Shown here: positions 17,820 through 28,171 of the stretch, one piece after another
How the letters are laid out: every line of letters starts with the position of its first letter
Numbering within the stretch: position 1 is the first letter of the stretch
Source of the DNA: a bacterium
Lineage (GTDB): Bacteria > Patescibacteriota > Minisyncoccia > CAIUEV01
Direction of reading: 5' to 3'
Length of the DNA stretch: 52,869 nucleotides
Assembly: GCA_021779255.1 (NCBI GenBank)
Contig: JAJYBC010000001.1
Location: forward strand, 1-52,869
Notes under the pieces: model-generated
Told to the model about the DNA's origin: nothing
The model's database searches: none
What the model saw: only the letters and a program-made list of their open reading frames with translations
Made by a program: the position numbers and the translations under genes

Positions 17820-19461
17820 AAATTATTTTTAATTCTTTACATTTGAGAGTTTTGCAGATAAAAAGATAAAAAGCAATACTGACTAGCCCAGCAAAAAAAA
17901 CTTGGCCAAAGACAGCTAGGAAAGAAGAAAGGGGGAAGAAAATAGCCCAAAACCATTTAATCAATTGCGCGCCCAGACCAGCGATAAAAGTAGCTAAAGC
18001 AATTTTCAAAAAAGTTCTTTTAATGGAAGAAATATCGATTCCTTTAATATATTGGTGCAATCCAGCCAGAAGAAAAATAAAGGTTATAATTTGGGAAATC
18101 GAATAAATAAGGGCTAATCCGACAATAGGAGATTTAAGTCCAGAAAGATGGGCGTTTTTCTCTAAAAAGGGAGCAATTTCTGGCCAATATCGAACAACCC
18201 CCACACCAGCGACGATGTTAAAAAGGAGACTAACAACCCCTGATTTCAAAGGAGTCCAAGCATCATGCAGAGCGAAAAAAGCTCGAATAAAAAGCAAATT
18301 TAAACTTTGAGCAAAGAGGCTGATGGCTAAAACTCCCAAAACATTGAGAGTCTGAACGGTATCCTCCCAATCGAATTTTCCGCTTCCCAAAACGATTCTC
18401 ACAACTTGAGCCCGAAAAATAATCAGTAAAGTGGATAAAGGAATAATAAAAAAAAGAATTTGACACATAGCCCGAGAGAACTCATGGCGAAAACGAGCTT
18501 TTTTCTTTTTGGCGACCAAAATGGAAAGAGCGGGAAAAGCGGCGATAGCATAGGAAGCTCCAAAAATTCCCAACGGTAAACTTTGCAAGTTGTTGGCAAA
18601 ATTAAAAACAGACAAAGAGCCGACAGGTAAGACAGAAGCCAAAAGAGTCACAGCTATTAGATTTAGCTGTAAAACTCCCAAATGAAGACTGCGAGGAAGC
18701 ATCATTTTCAAAACTTTAATCAATCCGGGATGAGTGGGATCCCAACGAAAGCGAATTTTTAAACCCATTAAAATAGAAGGAACGAGTTGAACAGAAAAGT
18801 GAAAAAAGGCGCCGAGAGCAATTCCCCAAGCTAATCCGGTGATACCAAAGTGAGGCACCAAAAAAATTATAGCCAAAATGGAACCCAAATTATAAACTAC
18901 AGGAGCAAGAGAGTAGAAAAAGAAAAAACCGCGTAGATTTAAAATATTACCCAAAAGACCGGAGAAACTTAAAAAAAGAGGAGAAAGAAGCATAATTCTA
19001 GTCAAGCGGGCGGTTAAAGCTTGTTGTTCCGGAGAGAAGCCGGGAGCGATCCAACTGACTAAAAAAGGAGAAAAAAACCAGAGTAAGACAATAACAGCAA
19101 AAAGAAAAAAAGTTAATATTGTGACTAAACTGTCAACAAAATTTTGAGTATCTTGAGAAAAATCGAAATCGTTTTTAGCTTTGTTCTTTTCCTCCGGCTT
19201 GTGTAAATACTGGCTTAGTATAGGCAAAAAAGCGGAAGAAATTAAACTGGCCATTAAAGTATTATAGAAAAAATCGGGGATACGAAAAGAGGCGTAATAG
19301 GTGTCTAATTCTTGACCGGCGCCGAAAGCGTCAGCTAGCATTCGATCGCGAAACATTCCTAACAAGCTGGATAATAACGTAAAAAAACCGACTAAAAAAG
19401 CGGCTCGGGTGAGTGTGCGACTGAGATTTTCCAGTTTATTGATTAAAGATTCCAATTTCAT
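17773..19461 (-). CDS. murJ: lipid II flippase MurJ
   Basis: SSLLGMFRD..FGAG..DTYYASFRIPD, LPLGIFG, RAFFALHDAWTP. Confidence 0.93.
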   Translation of the reverse strand: MKLESLINKLENLSRTLTRAAFLVGFFTLLSSLLGMFRDRMLADAFGAGQELDTYYASFRIPDFFYNTLMASLISSAFLPILSQYLHKPEEKNKAKNDFDFSQDTQNFVDSLVTILTFFLFAVIVLLWFFSPFLVSWIAPGFSPEQQALTARLTRIMLLSPLFLSFSGLLGNILNLRGFFFFYSLAPVVYNLGSILAIIFLVPHFGITGLAWGIALGAFFHFSVQLVPSILMGLKIRFRWDPTHPGLIKVLKMMLPRSLHLGVLQLNLIAVTLLASVLPVGSLSVFNFANNLQSLPLGIFGASYAIAAFPALSILVAKKKKARFRHEFSRAMCQILFFIIPLSTLLIIFRAQVVRIVLGSGKFDWEDTVQTLNVLGVLAISLFAQSLNLLFIRAFFALHDAWTPLKSGVVSLLFNIVAGVGVVRYWPEIAPFLEKNAHLSGLKSPIVGLALIYSISQIITFIFLLAGLHQYIKGIDISSIKRTFLKIALATFIAGLGAQLIKWFWAIFFPLSSFLAVFGQVFFAGLVSIAFYLFICKTLKCKELKIIYDELPNFLKIKKNKA

Positions 19462-19467
19462 AATAAT

Positions 19468-22467
19468 TTATTGATTTTTAGTCAACTCTTTCCCCTTCCC
19501 TTTCTCGGTCAAAACCATACCGGCGAAAATATCTTTATCAAATTTTTGATTGATTTTCCAATCAGGAAAACTGAGATTATCAGGATAACGATAAAGCATA
19601 TCAAAATTTTCCAGACCTTTAACTTCAGAATTAACCCAAGAGCGATCGTCGCCGGCTTGTTTTTGAACAAGAAGACTATAAGTGTCGGCTGGTTTTTTGA
19701 GATCGTCAAAGCGTAATTTAAAAGGGAGAAGATAAGTATATTTAACAGTGAGCGTTTCTCCCGGTGAAACATAAGTCCAGTTAGCAAAAACCGTTTTACC
19801 GGAATCTTCATAGACTCTAGTTCCGGTGTAGGGATCGATATTGGTTCCACTTTCCTCAGTGATAACCATATCGTCTTCAACAAAGCCTAATTTAGCATAG
19901 TCAACTGGCGGAGAATTAACTTCTCGAGTGTAACCCTCGGCGCTTAAAAGCTCACTTCCTTTTGGAACATAGATTCTCATCCAATCAGCATTGACCGCAT
20001 TGTACCAACTGGCAGTTTCTTTCCCTCCTTTGTGAGAGCGAGTAACAGTCACAGTATCAATGACGGAACCATCAGGCTTAATTTCCGCTTGATGGCTGAT
20101 TTTTTGTTCAATCATTCGATCGGTTTTCATTCCGTTGATATTTGTATTGACAACAGAAAGATAATCTTTGGGAACGTTAAGGATTTCCCCCGTCCAACCC
20201 AATTCGGAAGCGGCTTTTTGAACGTTATAATCAAAAAAATAGGTGACGACGGAACGATCTTCCAGACAACCAGCAAAAGAAGCTAAAATTTCCATCCATT
20301 TTTCCGGAGGTGAATTAAAAACTTTTTCTAAGATGAGAGGCGCTAAATCGGCTAAAAATTGTTTAGGTCTGTTAAGAGTTTTGTCGTATTCTGAATCGAC
20401 TTGATTTTGAGTTAATTCAACGAAATTATCGGCGGAAACAACTTGGTTGTATTTTTCGTGGTTGATCGGGCCGGTGATTCTTAGAAGATTCTCTAAAACT
20501 TTGGGAGTAAAAGCAATTACGCCATCTACGGACGGTCCACCTGTTTTTTCGTAGAACCAAGCTACTTTCTCGGCGCTCTTAGGAAAGTCCGGCCACCAGT
20601 TGGCATCGTGCATTGACCAAGTAGCACTCATTTTTTGGATGGGCTTGGGCGGGATAATTCTTTCTTTCAGTTGGCCGTCCGGATTATAAATACCGTCAAT
20701 ATAAAGTTGAGAGACATTGCCTTCATTGATTTTCATAATGCCATAAGTGCCAATAAATCCGCCGGTGGCTCGTATTTCATCGTTATTCTCAAAAAGAAAA
20801 AGATATTGGCGAGCTTCTTTATGTCCCAGAACCGAGAGAATTATATTGGTGTAAGCAGAAAAATCGTTAATGTCTTTGATAATAGTCGGGAGTTTTTCTT
20901 GGAGTAAAACGAATTGTTCTCTCTTGTCTTCGGGTAAGTCACTAATTTTAACGTTTCCTAAGAAACCGTTGGCTTGCTCCATTTCCGATTTGGCTTGGGT
21001 TATCTTTTCTTGAAAAATAACGATAGCATCGGTTAAATTATTCGCTTTTTTATTACCGGAGTCAGTCGTTTGATAATCGGAAATTTCTTTCAAAGCCGAA
21101 ATATTATCAGTGTTGAGAAACTTTTTCTTTAAAGCTCCTTGATCTCCTAGAAAAACATCAAAAGCTTCGGAAACAATTTGACCGGCCGAAGATAAATGTT
21201 TACCGGCTTCCAACAGGTTTTCGCCACTTTTGATTTTCGATCCTAAAGGCAAGACTTTAATAACCGAGAAAAGAGTCCCATCTATTTCATTGAGAGAATT
21301 ACCAGCGGAAAGGAAATTTTGATAAGCGTTTTGAAAATTACGTCGAGCTTCTTCTGGTTTGGCGGAAAACATTGCTGATTTAGCCGAATCGATGTTTTTG
21401 TAAGCTACTTGGCTTTGAGATTCTATTTGATTTTTAGTATCGATAACTTTTTGCACATAAGCGACAACGGGTATGGCTAGAGAAACAAAAATGCCGACAG
21501 TTAATAAAGCCACTGATTTTTTGGTACCGGAAGCTGATTTTCTAAAAAAAGATTTTTTTTCACCAACTTTTTTCCAAATTCGGTAAGCTTTGCCAGTCAA
21601 AGGCATCTTTTTTTCGGGATCTGATTTTTCTTTTATTCTAAAAATAGGATTATGCCTAAAAAGATTGTTCTTTTTGGATTTTGAAGAGACAATCTCCGAT
21701 TTTGCTTTGATTGGTTCCGGCTCGGGGTCGGGCTGGTAAAAAATAGGAGTTGAAGTTATGTTTTCAAACGGAGAAATTTTTTCCGCTAGTTCTGTTTTTT
21801 GAGGAGTCAGTTCTTCTTGAAAATCAATTGGTTTAATTTTTTTTATTTTTGAAGGAATATCGGAAAGAGGCTTAGTCGCTTTAACAAAAGAGTTTTTGAT
21901 TTTGGTTTTATCTTTATTTTTTTGACCAGCAGTAAAACTGATTTTTTCCTTTAAAGTTTCTTTTTTTTGTTGATTAATCTCGGCCGCTTGATAATCGGAA
22001 TCAATTTTTAATTTTATTTTAGGCACACCTCGATAATCATATTTTTCATCTAATAGATGTTTATCTTCTTGACCAAAACGTTGGAAAGCCGGTTCAACAA
22101 AAAAGGGTTTTCCTTTACCATCTGCTAGCGATTTATGCGGAACGAAGACGTCAGAAACATGCTTGCCCTTTTTTCCGGAGACAAAAGGAATCATTCGAGA
22201 AGGAAATAGACCAATACTGTTTCGGTCAGCTGACGAAAGCTCAAAGTTTTTTTCCGGATGAGAAAAATTTGATTTTGATTTATTTTTTCGACCGACCAAA
22301 TCAAGGCCACCTTTTCTATCCGAAGAAAAGTGTTCTCGGATAGCTTGCCCCTTCCCTTTTGGAGTAGGTTCGTAAGCCAGAGGATGAGAAAAAGTCTGGT
22401 TATCGGCTATTTTCTTTTTTTCCTTTTGAATTTTAGCTTTTTGTTTTTTAATTAAATCAAAAGACAT
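19468..22467 (-). CDS. DUF4012-domain membrane-anchored protein
   Basis: YLFLFENNDEIRATGGFIG, DANWWPDFP, VDGVIA, RIYVPKGS, LLVQKQAG. Confidence 0.85.
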   Translation of the reverse strand: MSFDLIKKQKAKIQKEKKKIADNQTFSHPLAYEPTPKGKGQAIREHFSSDRKGGLDLVGRKNKSKSNFSHPEKNFELSSADRNSIGLFPSRMIPFVSGKKGKHVSDVFVPHKSLADGKGKPFFVEPAFQRFGQEDKHLLDEKYDYRGVPKIKLKIDSDYQAAEINQQKKETLKEKISFTAGQKNKDKTKIKNSFVKATKPLSDIPSKIKKIKPIDFQEELTPQKTELAEKISPFENITSTPIFYQPDPEPEPIKAKSEIVSSKSKKNNLFRHNPIFRIKEKSDPEKKMPLTGKAYRIWKKVGEKKSFFRKSASGTKKSVALLTVGIFVSLAIPVVAYVQKVIDTKNQIESQSQVAYKNIDSAKSAMFSAKPEEARRNFQNAYQNFLSAGNSLNEIDGTLFSVIKVLPLGSKIKSGENLLEAGKHLSSAGQIVSEAFDVFLGDQGALKKKFLNTDNISALKEISDYQTTDSGNKKANNLTDAIVIFQEKITQAKSEMEQANGFLGNVKISDLPEDKREQFVLLQEKLPTIIKDINDFSAYTNIILSVLGHKEARQYLFLFENNDEIRATGGFIGTYGIMKINEGNVSQLYIDGIYNPDGQLKERIIPPKPIQKMSATWSMHDANWWPDFPKSAEKVAWFYEKTGGPSVDGVIAFTPKVLENLLRITGPINHEKYNQVVSADNFVELTQNQVDSEYDKTLNRPKQFLADLAPLILEKVFNSPPEKWMEILASFAGCLEDRSVVTYFFDYNVQKAASELGWTGEILNVPKDYLSVVNTNINGMKTDRMIEQKISHQAEIKPDGSVIDTVTVTRSHKGGKETASWYNAVNADWMRIYVPKGSELLSAEGYTREVNSPPVDYAKLGFVEDDMVITEESGTNIDPYTGTRVYEDSGKTVFANWTYVSPGETLTVKYTYLLPFKLRFDDLKKPADTYSLLVQKQAGDDRSWVNSEVKGLENFDMLYRYPDNLSFPDWKINQKFDKDIFAGMVLTEKGKGKELTKNQ

Positions 22468-22521
22468 CGGGTTGATTTTATTTTTCGATTTTTAAGACAA
22501 CTCCTCTCGGAGAGGATAGCA

Positions 22522-23742
22522 TTATTTTTTTTGGAGATAAAGTTTTAGAGTTTCTTGAGCCGTTTTCTCCCAATTATACTTTTTTAGAATTTTTTGAGCT
22601 CTGGGGAGATATTTTTTTTCAAGGCTGGGTAATTTTCTTAGGGTTTCTAAAATGGTTTTGGCCATATTTTCGATGGAATAGCCGTTAAAATAAAGAGCGG
22701 AATTGCCAAGAATTTCCGAAAAGCAGGTACCTTCATGGCAAAGAACCAATTTATTTCTCTCGAAAGCCTCTAAAGGTGGCAAACCGAATCCTTCGCAGAG
22801 AGAAGGGAAAATACAGAAAAGAGCTTCTTGGTATAAAAATTCTAAAGTTTTTGAATCTTTAATAAAACCAGGAAAAATTATCTTCGGAATTTTTTTCTTT
22901 TTAACCATTAGTTTTAAACGATTAAAAAAATAATCATTTCCTCCGGCAATAACCAAGTAAAGGGATTTTGATGATAAAATAGATGTTTCTTTGGCGGAAA
23001 CGCCCAGCTTAGTTTTGAATGGGTATTTTTTTTGAATCAAATCAAAAGCCATAATCAATCGTTCTAAATTCTTATGAGGATAAGCTCCACCAAGATAAAA
23101 AATAAAAGGAAAATTTTTAATTCCCTTCTCTGATAGCCATTTTTGGCGATTTTTTTGAGAATTTTTTTGTTCAATATTTAGTTGGTTAACTTTTTGTCCT
23201 CCAGCACCTTCATAAATAATTTGAATTTTTTCCTTCTCAATCGTTGGGAAAAACTTTTGAATGGCTTGAGCTGTACTTCGAGAAACAGAAATAATAAAAC
23301 GAGATTTTTTTAGAGCTCTTTTGATGGTAAAGCGATAAGCCCAATTTTTAATTTGATAAAAAATTGGTCCCAACGTGGTAGCTTTTTTAGTAGGAAAAGA
23401 AAAAAGGATTAAATCATGGATGGTCACAACAAAAGACCCTCGATAAAGAATAGGAACGTTAAAATGAGGAAAATGAACCAAATCGGGTTTTAGTTTATGG
23501 AGAAGATAAGGGATTAAAATTTGTTCTTTCCAACCATACCAATGAGCTTCGGCTAAAATTTTTTGAAAATTCGGTGTGGGAAAATTAAGTGTCGCATAAT
23601 CTTCTTGACGTAATAAAATAGAATACTGATTTTGTTGATCAATCTTTACTAAATTATCAATCAGATTTTTGGTATAATAGGAAAGTCCCCGATTACGAGG
23701 ATTGATGAAGCGAGCATCAATAACGATATGCATATTATTCAA
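22522..23742 (-). CDS. GT4 glycosyltransferase
   Basis: IVIDAR, VTIHDL, PHKNLERL, FPSLCEGFGLPPLEA. Confidence 0.9.
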   Translation of the reverse strand: MNNMHIVIDARFINPRNRGLSYYTKNLIDNLVKIDQQNQYSILLRQEDYATLNFPTPNFQKILAEAHWYGWKEQILIPYLLHKLKPDLVHFPHFNVPILYRGSFVVTIHDLILFSFPTKKATTLGPIFYQIKNWAYRFTIKRALKKSRFIISVSRSTAQAIQKFFPTIEKEKIQIIYEGAGGQKVNQLNIEQKNSQKNRQKWLSEKGIKNFPFIFYLGGAYPHKNLERLIMAFDLIQKKYPFKTKLGVSAKETSILSSKSLYLVIAGGNDYFFNRLKLMVKKKKIPKIIFPGFIKDSKTLEFLYQEALFCIFPSLCEGFGLPPLEAFERNKLVLCHEGTCFSEILGNSALYFNGYSIENMAKTILETLRKLPSLEKKYLPRAQKILKKYNWEKTAQETLKLYLQKK

Positions 23743-24952
23743 TATAATCCATTACCATATACATTGGTTGAATAACGGCAATGGCAAAGAAACCGACTCC
23801 TCCGCCGATAATTAAAATCAAAATTGGTTCAATAACGGAACTTAAATTTTTGGTAATATCATCTACTTCTTTTTCGTAAAAGTCAGCTAATTGAGCTAAA
23901 ATTTGTTCAGAACTGCCGGTTTCTTCCCCAATTCTAATCATTTGAATAACCATCGGTGGAAATAAGTCGGGAAATTCCTCGACGGCTTTATTAAGAGCAA
24001 TTCCCTTTTGAACCATTTCGGAACATTTCTTTAAAGCTCTTCTAAAATAAGTATTATCGAGAGAATCGGAAATAATATCAAGAGAAGTAACAATAGCCAC
24101 ACCGCTTTTGAGAAGAGAACTGAGTGTTCGTGAAAAACGAGCAGTATTGACTTTTTTGATGATATTTCCTACCATGGGAATCTTGAGAAAAATAAAATCA
24201 AAGACTTGTTTCCCGCCGGGGCTGCGAGCTAGAAAAGTAAAAGCGATAGGACTTAAAATCATAATTAGCAAAGAAATAATAACGTGAGAAGAAAGAAATT
24301 TACTGAGGCCGATAACAATGCGAGTGGAAATGGGCAATTCGATAGCCATTTCAGAAAATATTTTCATGAGGTTAGGAACTACAAACATCATCAATAAAAT
24401 GCCGATGGCAATCATTGCTACAATAATAACGGAAGGATAAATCAAGGCACCTTTGATTTTCGAGCGAATATCGTGATCTTTTTGAAGCTGAAGACCTAGA
24501 AGCTCCAAGACTTCTTCTAAATTTCCTCCGATTTCTCCGATACGAATGGCGCTGGAAAAAAGAGGAGGAAAAACTTGTGGAAAGTCTTTCATCCCGTCAG
24601 CCAACGTCTGTCCTGTTTTAACTTTTTCTTTGATATTATTGATAACTTCTCGAAAATAGCTGGAACCGGTTTGAATGGCTAAAATTTCTAAAGCTCGCGG
24701 AATGGGCAATCCCGCTTTAATCATGACTGAAAGATGTTTAATAAACATCATTTTTTCGGTCAAAGAAACTCTTTTCAAAAAAGGCAATCCTTGCCAACCG
24801 AAGCTCTTCTTTTTTATTTTTTCACTGGCAAAAACCAAAATCAAACCTTGATTTTTAAGAGTATGGGCCAGCTCATTTTTATCTTGAGCGGGCATAAAGC
24901 CTTCTATTTTTTTTCCAGCTTCGTCGCGGGCACGATAGTTAAAGAGAGGCAT
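23735..24952 (-). CDS. pilC: type IV pilus/T2SS platform protein (PilC/GspF)
   Basis: MPLFNYRARD, MIKAGLP, GEIGGNL, IKGALIYP, GEETG, IEPILI. Confidence 0.9.
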   Translation of the reverse strand: MPLFNYRARDEAGKKIEGFMPAQDKNELAHTLKNQGLILVFASEKIKKKSFGWQGLPFLKRVSLTEKMMFIKHLSVMIKAGLPIPRALEILAIQTGSSYFREVINNIKEKVKTGQTLADGMKDFPQVFPPLFSSAIRIGEIGGNLEEVLELLGLQLQKDHDIRSKIKGALIYPSVIIVAMIAIGILLMMFVVPNLMKIFSEMAIELPISTRIVIGLSKFLSSHVIISLLIMILSPIAFTFLARSPGGKQVFDFIFLKIPMVGNIIKKVNTARFSRTLSSLLKSGVAIVTSLDIISDSLDNTYFRRALKKCSEMVQKGIALNKAVEEFPDLFPPMVIQMIRIGEETGSSEQILAQLADFYEKEVDDITKNLSSVIEPILILIIGGGVGFFAIAVIQPMYMVMDYIE

Positions 24953-24962
24953 ACGGGTATTT

Positions 24963-26612
24963 TTATTTTTTATTCTTCTCTGATGTTTGGATAAATTTCA
25001 AGAATAGAGGATGCGGGTTAAAAGGATTGGATTGAAATTCGGGATGGAACTGAGAAGCCACAAAGAAAGGATGAGTTTTTTTAGGTAATTCCGCAATTTC
25101 CATCAATCTCCGATCAGGAGAAGTAGCGGAAAAAACTAGCCCGGCTTTTTCGAGACGATTAATAAATTTAGGATTAACTTCGTAACGATGACGGTGGCGT
25201 TCACTAATTTGAGTGTCTTTATAAGCTGAAAAAGCAATCGTTTCTTTTTTAATTTTAGCCGGATAGCTGCCTAAACGCATTGTTCCGCCATAACGGTTTT
25301 GACTGAGAATGGTTTTTTGCTCCGGTAAAATATCAATAACCGGATAAAGAGTCCGAGGGTTAACCTCGGTGGTGTGAGCTCCTTTTAGTTTGGCTACATG
25401 GCGAGCAAATTCGATGACGGCCAATTGCATACCATAGCAAAGCCCAAGATAAGGAATTTTGTTTTCTCTAACGAATTGAATGGCCTGAATAATTCCCTCT
25501 ACGCCTCGACTACCAAAACCGCCGGGAACAACAATGCCGGCGTATTGTTTGAGATCCGCCAACTTCTTGGGATCTTTTTCAAAAATTTCCGAGTCGATCC
25601 AATAGAGATCTAGTTGGGCGCCAGCAGCGTAAGAAGCGTGTTTTAGCGATTCAATAACGGAAATATAAACATCGCTCAAAACAAAATTACCGGTAGCGAA
25701 ATATTTGCCAACAACACCGATTTTAATTTTTTTCTGGCTGTTTTGAATCCTTTTTCTTAAATTTCTCCATTTTTCAAAATCTTTTTTACGCGGTTTTAGG
25801 TTCAGCTTTTGTAAAATATTTTGACTCAAATTTTCTTTTTCGAAATTAACGGGAACGTCATAAATTGAGCTGATATCCGGTGCGGAGATCACGTCTTTTT
25901 TACGAATATTGCAGAAGATGGCAATTTTTTCTTTGCGTTTATTGTCTAAAGGAACGATTGACCGAGCAATAATCAGATCCGGTTGAATGCCGGCGGAATT
26001 TAAACTGCGAACGGCGTATTGAGTCGGTTTGGTTTTCATTTCGCCGATTTTGTCGGGTACCGGTAAAAAGCTGACCATTACAAAAAGTATTTGACCGGGC
26101 ATATCCATTTTCATCATACGTCCGGCTTCCAAAAAAAGGATGTTTTGATATTCTCCCACCGTACCGCCGATTTCGATGATTACAATTTCCGCCTTATTCG
26201 TTTGTCCTGCCTTTTTAATGCGTCGAATAATTTCGTAAGGAATATGAGGTACAACCTCGACACACTTACCTTTATAGTGCATTTTGCGTTCTTTTTCAAT
26301 CACTTCTTGGTAAACGCTACCAGTTGTCATATAATTGTCTTGGCTTAATTGACATTCTAAAAATCGTTCATAATTTCCCATGTCTTGATCGCATTCAGTG
26401 CCATCTTTTAAAACAAAAACTTCACCATGCTCTGTGGGATTCATTGTGCCAGCGTCCACGTTAACATAGGGGTCGATTTTCATAGAAGTGACGCTAAAAC
26501 CGCGGGCTTGTAAAATAGCGGCGATTGAAGAAGAAGTCACACCCTTCCCTACTCCCGACATGACACCACCGGTGACAAAAATATAGCGGGTATCCTTTTT
26601 GTGGTTAGCCAT
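24963..26612 (-). CDS. pyrG: CTP synthase
   Basis: YIFVTGGVMSGVGKG, KIDPYVNVDAGTMNP, KTKPTQ, GLCYGMQ, ERHRHRYE, QFHPE. Confidence 0.98.
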   Translation of the reverse strand: MANHKKDTRYIFVTGGVMSGVGKGVTSSSIAAILQARGFSVTSMKIDPYVNVDAGTMNPTEHGEVFVLKDGTECDQDMGNYERFLECQLSQDNYMTTGSVYQEVIEKERKMHYKGKCVEVVPHIPYEIIRRIKKAGQTNKAEIVIIEIGGTVGEYQNILFLEAGRMMKMDMPGQILFVMVSFLPVPDKIGEMKTKPTQYAVRSLNSAGIQPDLIIARSIVPLDNKRKEKIAIFCNIRKKDVISAPDISSIYDVPVNFEKENLSQNILQKLNLKPRKKDFEKWRNLRKRIQNSQKKIKIGVVGKYFATGNFVLSDVYISVIESLKHASYAAGAQLDLYWIDSEIFEKDPKKLADLKQYAGIVVPGGFGSRGVEGIIQAIQFVRENKIPYLGLCYGMQLAVIEFARHVAKLKGAHTTEVNPRTLYPVIDILPEQKTILSQNRYGGTMRLGSYPAKIKKETIAFSAYKDTQISERHRHRYEVNPKFINRLEKAGLVFSATSPDRRLMEIAELPKKTHPFFVASQFHPEFQSNPFNPHPLFLKFIQTSEKNKK

Positions 26613-26649
26613 AAAAAATAAAGCAATAAAAATAAATTTACTCTTTTAA

Positions 26650-28152
26650 CTATATATAAAAAATAAAAAACAATCCACCAAAAATCAAAATAAAAAGAAA
26701 AAAGAGCAAGAAAGGAGATATATTCGGTACATTCATCCACCAGAAATTAAGACAGTGGGCTTGATATTTATTGTTGTCATAAACGATTTCTTTGGTGAAG
26801 ACAGAGCCTTTTTTTGTAGCGACTTCTTCCATTGGCGGGCTATAAATTATTTTATAAATCAAGGGTTTTCTAACGCGCAAAATTTTATTGGTAAGTAGCT
26901 GGTAATTGACAAAATAAGGGGCAAATTGAGGAATATATTGGTACTCTTGGCTAGCGAGAACGTTATAACCGGTGGCGTTATAAATTTCGTAGAAAGAATA
27001 AGGAAAGACATCGTAACGAACCAAAGTACCCAACAGTTGAAAAAAGAAACTAAAAGCTATAATAAGGCCGAAGACAATCTTTTTAATTTGTTTTCCATCT
27101 TTTTTTAAAGATTGCCAGTCTAGAGCAATCAGCGGTAAAAGTCCCACGGCACTTAGAGATAATAAATATCGCGGACCCCAAGTTTCATCGCTCCACCAAT
27201 GAATTCGGGCAACAAAAAGAACAAGCGAAATTGTGTAAATTAAAACAAAAAACGCTTCCTTTTGATTCTTTTTATAAAATTGAGAAAAAAGAAGAACGGA
27301 CAAAAGAAGAACGGGATTGTAAATAAAAAGACTTTTACCAAAGCTAAAAAGTAGCCCGTAAATTCCAAAAATAAAATTTTCTCCACCAAACAATTCATTA
27401 CTTAATTTGTACGGACCGCTGAAACAACCACCGAAATTGTATTTATTGGCGATAAGATAAATCGGAGCAAGAAAAATTAAAGAGGAAAAAAACAGGAGAA
27501 AATAACGGAATAATTTTTTTAAAAATTTTTTAAAATCCTTTTCTTTGCGAGAACAAAAATAAATAAAAGACAAAAAAGCTAAGCCGGTTATTAAATAATA
27601 AGTTTTGGAAAAAAACAGGAGAAAATAAAAAAAGCCGGATAAAAACAAGTAGAGATTCGCTTTTTTATTTTCTACTAAAGCTATTTTTTTTCCAAATAAA
27701 AACAAAAAATAAATTGCGAATAAAACGAATAAAACGGCTGTCGGATCCATCCCGATAGTCGCGTAAGGGAAAGCCATAGTGCCAAAAGCATAAACAAGAG
27801 AAAGCCAAAAGGCTTGATGTTTTTTATTATAAAGATTAAAAATTAAAAACATAACAACCACCGAAAGCGCTGAAACAAAAGGGTTATAGAAAAGAGCAAA
27901 AATTTGAGAAATTTTGTCGTGTTCAATTTTCAAAAAACTATCAAGAATTTGCCCCGTCCAAATGAAAGGTGTTTCTAATAGAATTTGAAGATAACCGGAG
28001 CGAGCTGTTTTTAGCTCACCGGATTTTAAATTGGTGATTATTCGATTATAAGTTTCATCTTCGTATCCTTGAAAGCCGGGAAATTGAAAAAAAGTGTAAA
28101 CGGCAAAAGAGAAAAAAAACAGAAAAAAAAGCAATTTAAATTTTTTTGGCAT
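26650..28152 (-). CDS. GT-C-fold integral membrane glycosyltransferase (putative)
   Basis: Many TM segments, N-terminal acidic loop YEDE, GKSLFIYNP, WGPRYL. ATG at 28152 avoids overlap with thrS. Confidence 0.65.
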   Translation of the reverse strand: MPKKFKLLFFLFFFSFAVYTFFQFPGFQGYEDETYNRIITNLKSGELKTARSGYLQILLETPFIWTGQILDSFLKIEHDKISQIFALFYNPFVSALSVVVMFLIFNLYNKKHQAFWLSLVYAFGTMAFPYATIGMDPTAVLFVLFAIYFLFLFGKKIALVENKKANLYLFLSGFFYFLLFFSKTYYLITGLAFLSFIYFCSRKEKDFKKFLKKLFRYFLLFFSSLIFLAPIYLIANKYNFGGCFSGPYKLSNELFGGENFIFGIYGLLFSFGKSLFIYNPVLLLSVLLFSQFYKKNQKEAFFVLIYTISLVLFVARIHWWSDETWGPRYLLSLSAVGLLPLIALDWQSLKKDGKQIKKIVFGLIIAFSFFFQLLGTLVRYDVFPYSFYEIYNATGYNVLASQEYQYIPQFAPYFVNYQLLTNKILRVRKPLIYKIIYSPPMEEVATKKGSVFTKEIVYDNNKYQAHCLNFWWMNVPNISPFLLFFLFILIFGGLFFIFYI

Positions 28153-28171
28153 AGGATAGTTTTTATAAATT